64,000 bases of DNA from an uncultured delta proteobacterium (GTDB taxonomy: Bacteria; Desulfobacterota; Binatia; UBA9968), in the NCBI GenBank assembly GCA_963745035.1, contig CAVUVW010000013.1, positions 640,001-704,000 of the forward strand. The letters run 5' to 3'. Below the pieces are notes generated by a model that was given only the letters and a program-made list of their open reading frames with translations, did not search any database and had not been told where the DNA came from. This document shows positions 10,837 through 21,353 of the stretch, piece by piece (the stretch's first letter is position 1; each line of letters starts with the position of its first letter). Position numbers and translations under genes: made by a program.

Positions 10837-12390
10837 GTGCCGATGACTTTGTTGAGCTACGCATTCAAGCGTCTGGTATTTTTCACATCATCGATTGTTT
10901 TCATAGGTTTCCTGCACGCGACGGCCGACGCCGCCTCGATTAGGCTGCTGTGGGCGGATCTATCGAGCAACGAAGACGGGTTCAGGATCGAACGCAAGCC
11001 GTCCGGCGGCAACTATGCGACGCTCGCCACCGTGGGCGCGAACGTGCAATCGTACACGGACGCCAACGCGACCGCGGGCGTGAGTTACTGTTACGTCGTA
11101 CGCTCATTTAATACCGGCGGGGTATCCGCTCCTTCAAATAGCGCGTGCGGCACGGCGCCGGCTTCCACGTCCGGCGACCCAGTCGCCAGCGGCTCGGGCT
11201 CCACGGACGGAACCGGCAGCACGGACGGTTCCAGTACCGGCGGTTCCAGCGCGCCGACAATTGCAGTTGGATCGTATAGCGGCAGCAAATGGAAAGATTA
11301 CAGCGTCAGTCTGACGATGAAATCCGCGGACAACGATTCGATCGGAGTCATGTTCCGTTACCTCGACAACGACAATTACTACCGGTTCTCGTGGCATAAC
11401 GAAACAAAAACGCAGCAGCTCGTAAAGCGCGAGAACGGCGCCTTCAAGGTTCTGGCGAAACGCACGGCGACTTACACCTCAGGAAGAAGCTATTCCCTGG
11501 CGATCAGCGCAAACGGTTCGCAGCTCAAGGTCGCGGTCGACGGCGCGACGATCTTCACCGTTACGGACACGAGCTTCGCCGACGGTACGATCGGCTTATA
11601 CTCCTCTTCCAATCAAGGCAGCTCTTTTGATAACGTCAAGGTCATCGATTTGAGCACGGAGAAAACTTTGCTCACCGAAGATTTCAGCGACGGAAACTTC
11701 GTCGGCTGGAGTATCATCGACGACCCGGCAGCAAAGAACGGCCCATCCCTTTGGTCCGTCTCCAGCGGAGTCTTGCTTCAGAAGAGCAATATCGGTTCCG
11801 GAACCAGCGACGCCCTCGGCACCTACGCCTTATTTACCCGAGGCAGTTGGACGGACTATCGCTTCAGCGTAAAGATAAAATCGACCGACAATGATTCTAT
11901 TGGCGTCATGTTTCGCTACCAGGACGATCGCAACTACTATCGATTCGTTTGGGATCCCCAGGAAAAATCCCGGCGCCTGGAAAAGCGCGTAAACGGCGTT
12001 TTCACTTCCATTGCTCACGACACAGTCCCTTACGTCACCGGCCAGACGTATCAGATCGAGATCGGCGCGAACAAAGCCGCATTACAGGTTCTGGTCAACG
12101 GCGCTTCGGTCTTCGCGGTCAACGATTCCACTTTCAGCGGAGGCACGGTCGCCCTGTACTCCAGGTTCAACAGCACAAGCATCTTCGATGACGTCATGGT
12201 TCAGGATCTATTAACGAAGACGGTCTTGCTATGGGATGATTTCAATGACGGAAATCTTCACGCCTGGACGATCATTGATGACGATGGCACCCGATCCGGC
12301 CCTTCCGAATGGTCGGTGTCCAACGGCGCGCTGGTGGAAACCAGCAACATCGGCTCCGATAGTCAACTAGGCACTTTCGCAGTATACTAG
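10837..12390 (+). CDS. Secreted protein: signal peptide, fibronectin type III domain, Gly/Ser/Thr linker, two repeated beta-sandwich (ConA/DUF1080-like) domains
   Basis: GGGAGG RBS plus GTG; ADA-A cleavage site; Fn3 pattern LLWADLSSNEDGFRIER..YCYVVRSFN; duplicated WxDY..DNDSIGVMFRYxDxxNYYRF. Confidence 0.8.
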   Translation: MPMTLLSYAFKRLVFFTSSIVFIGFLHATADAASIRLLWADLSSNEDGFRIERKPSGGNYATLATVGANVQSYTDANATAGVSYCYVVRSFNTGGVSAPSNSACGTAPASTSGDPVASGSGSTDGTGSTDGSSTGGSSAPTIAVGSYSGSKWKDYSVSLTMKSADNDSIGVMFRYLDNDNYYRFSWHNETKTQQLVKRENGAFKVLAKRTATYTSGRSYSLAISANGSQLKVAVDGATIFTVTDTSFADGTIGLYSSSNQGSSFDNVKVIDLSTEKTLLTEDFSDGNFVGWSIIDDPAAKNGPSLWSVSSGVLLQKSNIGSGTSDALGTYALFTRGSWTDYRFSVKIKSTDNDSIGVMFRYQDDRNYYRFVWDPQEKSRRLEKRVNGVFTSIAHDTVPYVTGQTYQIEIGANKAALQVLVNGASVFAVNDSTFSGGTVALYSRFNSTSIFDDVMVQDLLTKTVLLWDDFNDGNLHAWTIIDDDGTRSGPSEWSVSNGALVETSNIGSDSQLGTFAVY

Positions 12391-12435
12391 AAATCAGGCG
12401 TAAGGAACTGACATCGCGAACAATCAGGAGTAGAA

Positions 12436-13740
12436 ATGAACCCTCAGTTAAAAATGGCCGTCATGTCCGGCGCGCTTTTCCTTGGCTTCCTTATTGCCGA
12501 CTCAAGCATCGCGGCAACCTACCATGTGAAAAAGTCCGGCAACGATTCCTATAGTTGCACCCAGGCGCAAAGCGCCTCGACACCCAAGCTGACAATTAGT
12601 TCCGCTCTTAACTGCATCGGTACAGGAGCAGGTGCAGGCGCAAACCATACTGTTCGGGTCTACGCCGGCACCTACGCCGAAACCATCAACAACAACTTGC
12701 CCGGCGGCACTTCATGGAACGATCCATTCACACTTGAGAGTAATCCCGGTGATGTTGTCAGCATACGACCGTCCGGATCTTGTATCATAACTATCGACCT
12801 TCGCCGATCAACGACTCAGTATGCAATTATTCAAGGCCATGGTGACGCTAAAATGGTAGTAGACGCCACGAACTGCAGTAATAACGCTATAAAGATCACT
12901 AAGTCTACTTCACACGGAACAGCGCATCACGTTCGGCTTAAAGAGTTGGAGGTTAGGAATGCGCCTAATCACGGTATTCAAATAACATCTGATTCTGCTT
13001 TTAATGAACAGATCAACTTGTGGGTGCACCATAACGGCTCTTCGGCAAACGTTGACGATACCCACGGAACTTACGTTGGCGGGCCGGACAATCTGATCGA
13101 AGGCGGACTTTACGAGTACAACTACCATAGAGGTATTCAGATCCGAGCGGGTACTAAAACTGCGCACCGCAATATCATCCGCCGAACAATTATTAGAAAT
13201 AATGGCAGAGCTCCCGGAGGGGGAGGAAACGTCGTACTCGCCGCGGGCGATGACATCCAGTTTTATAACAATATCGTTTATGGAGCTACCATTCACGGAG
13301 TGTCTGTTACCTGTTCAGGTGGTTGTCCTTCCCGAACAAAAATCTACAACAATACAATCTTTAAGAATGGGCAATATGCGATCAACTTACACGGTGTGAG
13401 CCAAACTGAGATCAAAAATAATATCTTTTGGCAAAATGGATCAGATACGGTCGCCCTCGGGCCCAGTATTGGCACAACGCAATCGAATAATTTAACCTCA
13501 GACCCAAAATTTGCCGATGTGACCAAGTATAATTTTCGCTTGGTGTCAGGCAGCCCAGCTATCGACAAAGGAGCGACCATTTCGGCAGTTAAAAACGACT
13601 TTGATGGCCGGCCGCGGCCACAAGGAGCAAGTTTTGATATTGGAGCTTTCGAATTTAATGCGACCTCGGGTGGTAGCCAGCCAATTCCGTCAGCGACTCC
13701 GCCGGCGGCTCCCGGTCAGTTAACGACAGTGACTCAGTGA
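12436..13740 (+). CDS. Secreted right-handed parallel beta-helix (pectin lyase-fold) protein with choice-of-anchor-Q-like C-terminus
   Basis: Signal peptide; ATYHV..GND; Asn-ladder repeats (FYNNIVY, IYNNTIF, IKNNIFW); SPAIDKG..DFDGRPRPQGASFDIGAFE. Confidence 0.85.
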   Translation: MNPQLKMAVMSGALFLGFLIADSSIAATYHVKKSGNDSYSCTQAQSASTPKLTISSALNCIGTGAGAGANHTVRVYAGTYAETINNNLPGGTSWNDPFTLESNPGDVVSIRPSGSCIITIDLRRSTTQYAIIQGHGDAKMVVDATNCSNNAIKITKSTSHGTAHHVRLKELEVRNAPNHGIQITSDSAFNEQINLWVHHNGSSANVDDTHGTYVGGPDNLIEGGLYEYNYHRGIQIRAGTKTAHRNIIRRTIIRNNGRAPGGGGNVVLAAGDDIQFYNNIVYGATIHGVSVTCSGGCPSRTKIYNNTIFKNGQYAINLHGVSQTEIKNNIFWQNGSDTVALGPSIGTTQSNNLTSDPKFADVTKYNFRLVSGSPAIDKGATISAVKNDFDGRPRPQGASFDIGAFEFNATSGGSQPIPSATPPAAPGQLTTVTQ

Positions 13741-14965
13741 GCTTGCAGTGTGATTTGAAAACTTCAGCAAGGCGCTGTCCGTTTTTCCACATATCGAAAC
13801 TCTGTTCGGCGTAGTTGCGAGCCTGCCGGGCATAAGAAATTCTGCGGCCTTCATCGGTCAACAACGATTCTATAGCATCAGCTAACGCAGTTACATTTTT
13901 CGGCGGTACCAGGACTCCGCGTTTGCCGTTGCCCAGCAGTTCGGGAATCCCAGCAACGGTCGAACCGAGCACCGTCGTGCCCACTGCCATCGATTCTTTG
14001 ATCACGTTCGGGACGCCGTCCCCCAGATCCGGAGAGGGATGAACCAAAAGCATCGCTTGACTGATCGCCGCCGGAACCTGGTCAGCCGGAAGCCAACCGC
14101 GAAATCTAATTTGGTCGACGATATCGAGATCGTGTGCTAAAGACCGGAGCAACTCTGCTTGCTCGCCGTCGCCGACCAGATCAACGGTGACGTTAACACC
14201 GCGAGTCTTAAGCAAACCAACCGCTCGTAACAGATAGTCGAAACCTTTTTGCTCGACGAAGCGGCCCACGGCGATAATTGTTCCCGGCGTTCGATCATCG
14301 AGCCCCATTGGCACCGTCCCGAAATCCAGCCCGTGATGGTGTACGAATATCTTCTCCTTAATTACTTCCTGAACATCAGAAAACCTCTCCGCAATAAAAT
14401 TGCGGTTGAACTCGCTACAGGTGATGATCTGGTCGGCGTACAGCATTTTGCACTTCATGAAAATCGGCCTTCGGTACAAATCGACGTTTGCATGCAGAAA
14501 AAGTGAGAAGGGATTCGAGACTCCGGACAATCGATGATACAGGTACGCGCACGTGGCGGGATAATTACCCCAATATGCCAGGACACGATCGTAATTGTTC
14601 GGGTACATTTGCGCCCACGCCCACGCCTTTAGGAACACGTAACTACTCTTCGCTAACGGTTGCAGTCCGTATTGGAGCGCGGATGCGCTGATCGAAAACG
14701 TGTCCGCCAAAAATTGCGTCAGCTTTTTGGGTGGCCAGGAATAGAAACCCCTGATGCAATCGCGCATCGAGAGATGGTGCACCTTACTGGGGGGCAATAC
14801 CTTCTCGTTGAGGAGCTCGGGAACATACTTCCACAGGCTCGAGTCCAGGGGATAGATCGGAAATACCTCGACGTCGATCCCGGCGTCGATCAATCCGCGG
14901 ATATCCCGGGCGAAAAACGTGGCTGTGCGGCCGGGGAACTGATTGGTAAAAACAGCGAGTCGCAT
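13655..14965 (-). CDS. GT4 family glycosyltransferase (WcaL-like)
   Basis: VGRFVEQKGF, DGVPNVIKESMAVG. Confidence 0.9.
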   Translation of the reverse strand: MRLAVFTNQFPGRTATFFARDIRGLIDAGIDVEVFPIYPLDSSLWKYVPELLNEKVLPPSKVHHLSMRDCIRGFYSWPPKKLTQFLADTFSISASALQYGLQPLAKSSYVFLKAWAWAQMYPNNYDRVLAYWGNYPATCAYLYHRLSGVSNPFSLFLHANVDLYRRPIFMKCKMLYADQIITCSEFNRNFIAERFSDVQEVIKEKIFVHHHGLDFGTVPMGLDDRTPGTIIAVGRFVEQKGFDYLLRAVGLLKTRGVNVTVDLVGDGEQAELLRSLAHDLDIVDQIRFRGWLPADQVPAAISQAMLLVHPSPDLGDGVPNVIKESMAVGTTVLGSTVAGIPELLGNGKRGVLVPPKNVTALADAIESLLTDEGRRISYARQARNYAEQSFDMWKNGQRLAEVFKSHCKLTESLSLTDREPPAESLTELAGYHPRSH

Positions 14966-14971
14966 ATGAAG

Positions 14972-15952
14972 TTACAACATCTCCTGCGATGAGTTGGGTT
15001 TCCGCAGAACGAGCGTGCAGCCGCGCGTGCGAAGGTCCTCGGAATCAAGCGCTCGATATCGGCTGGACAACTGCATGGAGGGAAGCCCCGATTGGCCGTA
15101 GTCGCTTTTGATTTCGAGTATCTCAAAGGGCGCCTTTTTGGCCAGCCTGAGATGAGTGCTTACCGGTTCTCGATTGAGCAGAAACTCCCGGCGCCCGCGA
15201 ACAAGGCGCCATTGCCAATCCGTGTATGCGCGGTGGCCGTTCCAATAGGGAGACAGGTTGTGGGCGGCGAAATCGATCACGTGCGAAGCATATCCGCCCG
15301 GCTTCAACCATACTGCGGTGGCTGCGTAGGTATCGTCCAGATCGTCAACGTGCTCGAGCACAGCCTGGGAAAAGATCAGATCGAGAGAGCCGGCCGCTAT
15401 GACGCTTGGAGAGTTCCATGGGGCGCGGTAGGTGATTAAGGCGCTGGCGCCCAAGCCTTCGCTGAGCTGGCGCCTGATAGCGTCGGCGCGCCCGGCAAGA
15501 TCCGAAAAGCTTACCAAGTGTTGCGGAAACGCATACGAGGTCAATCTCGGCCGCACGCGGGGAAATTCGTCATGATCCGGTATTGCCTCGCGCCTGGCAT
15601 AAAGCTCGACCAGCTCTTCGAAGATGGCCCGGAGGTTGGCTTTCGCCGAAAACGGCACGATATCGAGGCCGACGTAGCTGCTTGCTCCCGAGAGCAGGGC
15701 CGCCAACCCGATTCCTATGCTGTCGCCCGGCCCTAATTCGCCGACTGTCGCGTGATGAACACTGAATCCGTGGGAGCTCAACACGGTCAAATGACGCAAC
15801 CAAACCGAGTAGCAGTATCGAGCGGAGTCGGTTCCCGACGTCGCCGCGCGCTTTTGGCGCAGCCGATTGAGCGCCGGGACCTGGGTCAAGATCCCTTTCA
15901 TGATATGCGCCGTTTTCCAGGTATGAAGCATGGGACCGTACGTTGAAGTCAC
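14972..15952 (-). CDS. Class I SAM-dependent methyltransferase
   Basis: ELGPG motif I, DLIFSQAVLEH, LKPGG. Confidence 0.8.
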   Translation of the reverse strand: MTSTYGPMLHTWKTAHIMKGILTQVPALNRLRQKRAATSGTDSARYCYSVWLRHLTVLSSHGFSVHHATVGELGPGDSIGIGLAALLSGASSYVGLDIVPFSAKANLRAIFEELVELYARREAIPDHDEFPRVRPRLTSYAFPQHLVSFSDLAGRADAIRRQLSEGLGASALITYRAPWNSPSVIAAGSLDLIFSQAVLEHVDDLDDTYAATAVWLKPGGYASHVIDFAAHNLSPYWNGHRAYTDWQWRLVRGRREFLLNREPVSTHLRLAKKAPFEILEIKSDYGQSGLPSMQLSSRYRALDSEDLRTRGCTLVLRKPNSSQEML

Positions 15953-15962
15953 GGAAGGCTTA

Positions 15963-17076
15963 TTAATTGAAGCGTTGCCAGCCCGCGGCGCGATAGGCTT
16001 CGAACGTATAATCGAGCAAACGAGTCAAACCAAACTCTTTTTCTGCCTTCGCGCGTGCCGCCTCTCCCATGCGCCGGCACAGCGCATGGTCGCCGGCCAG
16101 CCTTGCGATACGCTCGGCAAAGGACTCGGCGTCGTTGCCGTCAACGATGAATCCGGTTTTGCCTTCGTCAACGAGCGCGGGAATGTCGCCGGCCTGCATC
16201 GCCACGACGGGACGGCCGCACGCCATGGCTTCCATCACGACGTTGGGACAGCCTTCATTTTCAGAGGTGTGCGCCAGGATCGCAGCCTGAGACAGCAGAG
16301 CTGGGATTTCTTCCCTGCGGCCGGCGAACTCTACACGATCGGTCACGCCGAGATCCCTTGCCTGCGTCTCCAGCCGCTCTCGGAGCGGGCCGTCGCCGAC
16401 GAGTTGCACAAGAAATTCGATGTTTCTTTGCTTCAGCAAAGAAGCCGCCCGCAGCAAGCGATCCCAGCGTTTCACGGGCGACAGCGATCCGATACCGATA
16501 ATTTTCAGAAGTCTTTGATCCACCGGCGGCAGTGTACTTGAACTGTTCGGTATCGATGCCGTTGCGCACCACAAAGACATGCCTCGGGACAAAATAATTA
16601 TCCGTCTGGCGAGCGCTTTCAGCGGCGGCGAAACTGTTGAAGATCTGATGGCGCGGCCACCGCGCGCACACTCTGCCCAAAGAGCCGTACTCCGATCGTG
16701 AGCGGTGAAAATCACTTCTCACCGAGCCCACCGGAATAGACTTGGTGCCGATGGCGGCATACCAGGCCGCCAGATTGGTATAAAAGCTGTAAGAATGAAC
16801 CACCTCGGGATTGAGCCTGCGAAGGAGCTTGCGCAGTACCGCCATTTTTTTGATTCTTGAGCTCCCTCCGCTGAGGCCGTGAAGAGGCACGCCCAGGGCG
16901 CGAATGCGCGAGACATACTTTTCATCTTCACGAAAGTGCCAAACCAACACCTGCGGTTTGTGGCGTTCTCGATCCATAGTCTCGAGGAGATAGCAGAGTT
17001 GCCGCTCCAAACCGCCGTCGCGTAGTTGACCCACGACGTAAAGAAGGCGGCAGTCCGCCGGGCTCGTGGATTGCAA
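15963..17076 (-). CDS. GT4 family glycosyltransferase; +1 frameshift near 16532
   Basis: N-half GGLERQL..VRNGID (16261-17076); C-half IGSLSPVKRW..EGCPNVVMEAMACG (15963-16530). Confidence 0.85.
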
Positions 17077-17172
17077 GCTACTCAGCCCTTAAGCAACGGT
17101 GTCACGGGAGGATTGATTGACCACGGGATAAATGTATTGCGGCTCAAATAGCCGAGATCTCGCCTTTTTTAC

Positions 17173-18234
17173 TTATACTTTCGCGAAACTTGTTGATCTA
17201 TTGCTTAGCCAACTTGTCATTCCACGCAGTCCAATCACGGGCAAACGAAATTGCAATCGATAGCCCCAGCGATTGAAACGGCCGAGCGACTGCCGGTACC
17301 ACTCATCGTAGCCATCGAGGCTCAGCGGACGGCTCACTTTGATGAAGCGCCGCAACGCTCGCTCCTTCCAGTCCGGCCGCGTTTCATGCGCGCCGCGCCA
17401 GTAGGAATAAATATCCCAAGCCAGCCGTTTGCCGCGCGTAAATTTAAACTCCACCACGAGGGCTTCCCGGTTGCGGCGTACCTGCTTCCGAATCCAACCG
17501 CCGGCAGGGGATCGCACGTTGCTGAAAAAAAAGTTTCCCAGGCTGTAGAAGACCGGCCGGTCGCTGATGATTTCCGCGCCGCGGATGACGTGCGGGTGAT
17601 TGCCAATGACGGCGTCGGCGCCTCCATCCAGCAGCTTACCCGCCAGCAATCGATCTTGTGGCCTTGGGAACGAAAAACACTCATCGCTCCAGTGCATATA
17701 AACGATCACCCAATCGACCGACCGACGCAATGCGGTAATAGCACGCAGCGCGAGTGACTCACCGGGCCAAACGTTAGGTCCGATACCCGACGGATCCGGT
17801 CCTTCGGGATGTGTTTCCGGAGTAACCCAGTTAAGGACTCCCACTCGCCCTTCGGGTCCCTCCCAAATCCATGGCCGGCTGATTTCATTGTTGGTAAGGC
17901 CGCCGCCAACGATATCGATTCCGACACCCTTCAGGCTTTCGACGGTCTCTACGACGCCGTCGACACCGCCGTCCATCAGGTGATTGTTGGCCAATCCCGC
18001 GACCGCGGGAACCCAGTTCTTAATCACCTGCACCGCGCCGACCGGAGCAACGTAGCGTCGCATGCTGCCGCTCATACGCGGTTTTTTTACCGACGCGTTG
18101 GCGCACGGAAATTGCCAATTAAAGAGAATGCAGGTTCGCTGCGCCACATGCAGATGGGCAAGCGGGCGTTGCCATTTTTCCAAGACATCGCGTTGTTCGT
18201 CGAGAGCGACGTCGCCAATACAGATGAGCCGCAT
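17173..18234 (-). CDS. CapA/PGA_cap family metallophosphoesterase-fold protein
   Basis: IGDV, LANNHLMDGG, MHW, GNHPHV, YSLGNF. Confidence 0.85.
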   Translation of the reverse strand: MRLICIGDVALDEQRDVLEKWQRPLAHLHVAQRTCILFNWQFPCANASVKKPRMSGSMRRYVAPVGAVQVIKNWVPAVAGLANNHLMDGGVDGVVETVESLKGVGIDIVGGGLTNNEISRPWIWEGPEGRVGVLNWVTPETHPEGPDPSGIGPNVWPGESLALRAITALRRSVDWVIVYMHWSDECFSFPRPQDRLLAGKLLDGGADAVIGNHPHVIRGAEIISDRPVFYSLGNFFFSNVRSPAGGWIRKQVRRNREALVVEFKFTRGKRLAWDIYSYWRGAHETRPDWKERALRRFIKVSRPLSLDGYDEWYRQSLGRFNRWGYRLQFRLPVIGLRGMTSWLSNRSTSFAKV

Positions 18235-18288
18235 CGAATAACCTGGAGCGATTCTTCGAAACCAAAAGAACCGAAGTGGGGGGAGAGA

Positions 18289-19596
18289 TTAAACAGCCCG
18301 CACGCCCGCCTCGCGGGCGCCCAAGTTCTTCGGACGAGCGCGGAGATACGCGTAATGCCGAGCGGGTGAGACTACAAAGGTTGCACTTGCCAGCGAGTAG
18401 GCCAACACAAACCAGAAAAACTTCTTGTGCAAGTACGTGCCCTTCAAATTGACCGCCAGAAAGAGCAACAGCAATGCCAGCGGCAGCGCTCCTTGAAAGG
18501 ATCTGCGCGCTCGCCACGCCGCTTTCAAGCACATCCAGAGTCCGAATAGAAACGGGATCGTGCCCAGAACACCTACTTCGGTTAAGAGATAAAGGTATAG
18601 ATTGTGAATATCTCTCTCCGGGAGGCCAAGCCGGGAACCCAACTCGACGCGATTACGCATGGGGCCCCATCCCAGAGGCTGTTCCTTGAACATCTCAAAA
18701 GCATAATAATAAATCTCCTGGCGTCCCGACAGATCGCCCTGGGTGAGGGTCTTTTCCCAACGGAGCCTCACCGCGTCAATCTGGTACGAAGCAATGACGA
18801 GAACTACGATCCCGACGACGATCGCGAAGCTCATCTTGATCTTCATGGCGAGATTGGCCTTGATAAGGGGAAAAATCAGTAAAGCCCCCACCAGAGCGAG
18901 AAGCGCGCCTCGCGACCCGGTGCGAACCAAGCCAATGGTCATGAGCCCGAAACAAGGCCAGAACAGAAGCTGCAGTTTCGCACTGCCTTTAAAAAAGCCT
19001 TGTTTGAGACCCACCAACGCGAGTGTTCCAAGCGCGAGTGTGACTCCCACCAAGTTCGCGTTGGCTTCCCCCACAGTGGCCCGTGCCGCTTCCTCCGCAC
19101 TAAGTCCCGCAACGATCAACCCGCCAACGATCGTGCAGGAAGCGACAAGCGTCAGCAACGACCCCTTAACGACCCGCTTGTACTGAAGGATATTGTAAGA
19201 GACCCAGAAGAGAACGAGAAGCTGAAACAGTGTCAAAAAGCGAAGAATAATATCTTTCGAAAGCTCGGAGCCGGAGAGAACGAAAAAGATTCCCCATACC
19301 GAATGCAAGTAAAGATAGGTAGCAAACAACCAAAATACCTTGGGAGGCATCCTCCAGCATAACCGGGGTTGCAGCACCGTCACAATAATGAACAGGACAC
19401 CGATCAATTTGGGTATGGTACCAACAACGCGGATCCCCACATCCACAGACTCGAAGGGTATGGAAAAAATAAAGCCGTAGTAAAAGTAACGGATGATCGG
19501 CTTGGGCTCTCCGTTGCCAATCCGCGCCGATCGTTTTCGGCGGATTCCGCCCTCCAACGCAGCCGGCGTTTCAAAATTATTTGTCGGCATCTTCAT
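18289..19596 (-). CDS. O-antigen ligase/Wzy-type polysaccharide polymerase
   Basis: About 10 TM helices; NAN, TGSRG, SGR, PLGWG, HNLYL..EVG. Confidence 0.85.
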   Translation of the reverse strand: MKMPTNNFETPAALEGGIRRKRSARIGNGEPKPIIRYFYYGFIFSIPFESVDVGIRVVGTIPKLIGVLFIIVTVLQPRLCWRMPPKVFWLFATYLYLHSVWGIFFVLSGSELSKDIILRFLTLFQLLVLFWVSYNILQYKRVVKGSLLTLVASCTIVGGLIVAGLSAEEAARATVGEANANLVGVTLALGTLALVGLKQGFFKGSAKLQLLFWPCFGLMTIGLVRTGSRGALLALVGALLIFPLIKANLAMKIKMSFAIVVGIVVLVIASYQIDAVRLRWEKTLTQGDLSGRQEIYYYAFEMFKEQPLGWGPMRNRVELGSRLGLPERDIHNLYLYLLTEVGVLGTIPFLFGLWMCLKAAWRARRSFQGALPLALLLLFLAVNLKGTYLHKKFFWFVLAYSLASATFVVSPARHYAYLRARPKNLGAREAGVRAV

Positions 19597-19832
19597 TGTT
19601 AGTCACGAACCTAGGCGAGCTTTCAAAGGTCGACCCGAAAGCTGCTCCCGATGGAAAATCCAGTTTCTTTATGATAGCCGGCCATGCAAACGCGGCATCC
19701 GGAGCCGCTATCGGAACCGAGCAGACGTCAGGGCCGCAATAAAAATCAGATGTTTCATGGATGCTGCTGCCAGGGGGCATTTGACGAGTGATCTGCCGCC
19801 TAGCAAGCGCATTGCGATCGCTGCCGTGGTGT

Positions 19833-21212
19833 TTATATTGAAGGATGGGCAGGTTCATACTCAGAGACTACTAACCGTATTTTGCCGGCGGCGGTTCTGT
19901 CGATACGGGATACACAAGAGAGCGAGACAGAAACACCAGAAAGGTTGTCGCGCAGTATCCGTTCGATGCTAGCCATCTGATCGGCCGTGAACTGCGGACC
20001 CGGAACTAATGAAATCTGGACATCACTGCTTGCGGCTTGTCTCACCTGGAACTCACGCACGTCAAAATTTCCGAATATACTTGGAAATTTGACGCCATGA
20101 ATCGTCCCGCCATCGGGTAGTGAGACGAAGTCAACCGTACGCCCGACGATTTGCTCCAAAAACTCCGCTGGCGCATCAGCCCCGGACTGCGGAAATTTTG
20201 CTCGATCACCCAAGCGGTAGCGTAGGAATGGCATTCCAAGCCGGTGAAGATCGGTGACTATGACTTCGCTTCCTGTTTCCGGGTCGGACTCACCGTAGGG
20301 CTCGACCATGATGTTTGCTCCCGCGACATGGAGACGTCGATTCGATGAGTCTAGCTGCATGGCGATCAATCCACAGTCACGGCTCCCATACGACTCGTGC
20401 ACGGGCACGCAAAAAACTTCTTCAATGATTCGTCGTTGGATCGGGTCGAGCTTTTCGGCTCCGGTAATTATTCCGCGCTTTGGATAGCAGGGCCGCTTAC
20501 CGCGCTCCCGCAAACGGTGCGCGAGAAGTGCCAGCGGCGAGGTATAACACCATAAAAATTCAGGCTTGTAAGCTGACATCCGCGCATCGACTTCATCCAA
20601 AATTTGGTCGCTCAAATGATAACAGTCGTGCGACTGTCGATGCGCGAGCCAGTTTGATAATTGCGTTCTTATCTTGTTTTTGGCCAACGGGCCGCTTGGC
20701 GCACCCCATAGCATCCCTGTACGATCGCCGGCACTGTAACCGATTTTGGAAAATCCCCACTCCGACTGCACGCTTCGCCACGCGGAGGCGCGTTCGTCAA
20801 GCCAAAATCGAACACGCACGCCGGTGCTTCCCGCGGTGGAATTAGCTCGCATTTTGTCGCGGCTGAATCCTTCTGCGACAAAGTCTTCGACACGATCGAT
20901 AACTGTTTTTTTATCTAGAGCCGGCAGTTGCCGATAATCCGCGAAAGTAAAATTCGCCTTTGGATCGAACCCAACGTTACGGAACAACTCCTGATAATAG
21001 GGCACTTTTTCACCCGCCCATCGAACAAGCGTTCGTAACTCCTTCAGAATCAGATATGATCGCTCCTCAGCATGCCCGTTGGACCAAGCGCCGAAACCGG
21101 CACGAGCTTCGCGGACGAAAGCGCGACATTTGCGCCTACTCTCGGTCCAAGGACCAAGAATAATCCAAGGAATGAAAAAGTTGCGACTAAGCCATGTACG
21201 GGTTGTGACCAT
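19833..21212 (-). CDS. CapK/phenylacetate-CoA ligase family adenylate-forming enzyme
   Basis: VPYY, STAGSTG, ESYGSRD, MPFLRYRLGD, GK. Confidence 0.85.
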   Translation of the reverse strand: MVTTRTWLSRNFFIPWIILGPWTESRRKCRAFVREARAGFGAWSNGHAEERSYLILKELRTLVRWAGEKVPYYQELFRNVGFDPKANFTFADYRQLPALDKKTVIDRVEDFVAEGFSRDKMRANSTAGSTGVRVRFWLDERASAWRSVQSEWGFSKIGYSAGDRTGMLWGAPSGPLAKNKIRTQLSNWLAHRQSHDCYHLSDQILDEVDARMSAYKPEFLWCYTSPLALLAHRLRERGKRPCYPKRGIITGAEKLDPIQRRIIEEVFCVPVHESYGSRDCGLIAMQLDSSNRRLHVAGANIMVEPYGESDPETGSEVIVTDLHRLGMPFLRYRLGDRAKFPQSGADAPAEFLEQIVGRTVDFVSLPDGGTIHGVKFPSIFGNFDVREFQVRQAASSDVQISLVPGPQFTADQMASIERILRDNLSGVSVSLSCVSRIDRTAAGKIRLVVSEYEPAHPSI

Positions 21213-21353
21213 TTCTACCTACTCTAAAGTTTCCTTAGCGTACTATTCTGGACTTTATCGACACAGATCGCATGCTGCTGCCTATTAGCTGGTTAGGCCC
21301 CAACCTGAGATTCACCTGACCGGGCAAACCTCTCGATGGACGAACTAAGATTG

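Noticed and set aside
10837-13740. PEP-CTERM sorting signals on the two secreted proteins
   Set aside because: Neither C-terminus has VPEP plus TM plus a basic tail.
19577-19858. 93-aa ORF between capK and the polymerase
   Set aside because: It fills the gap, but has no recognisable motif or clear RBS; cannot be supported.
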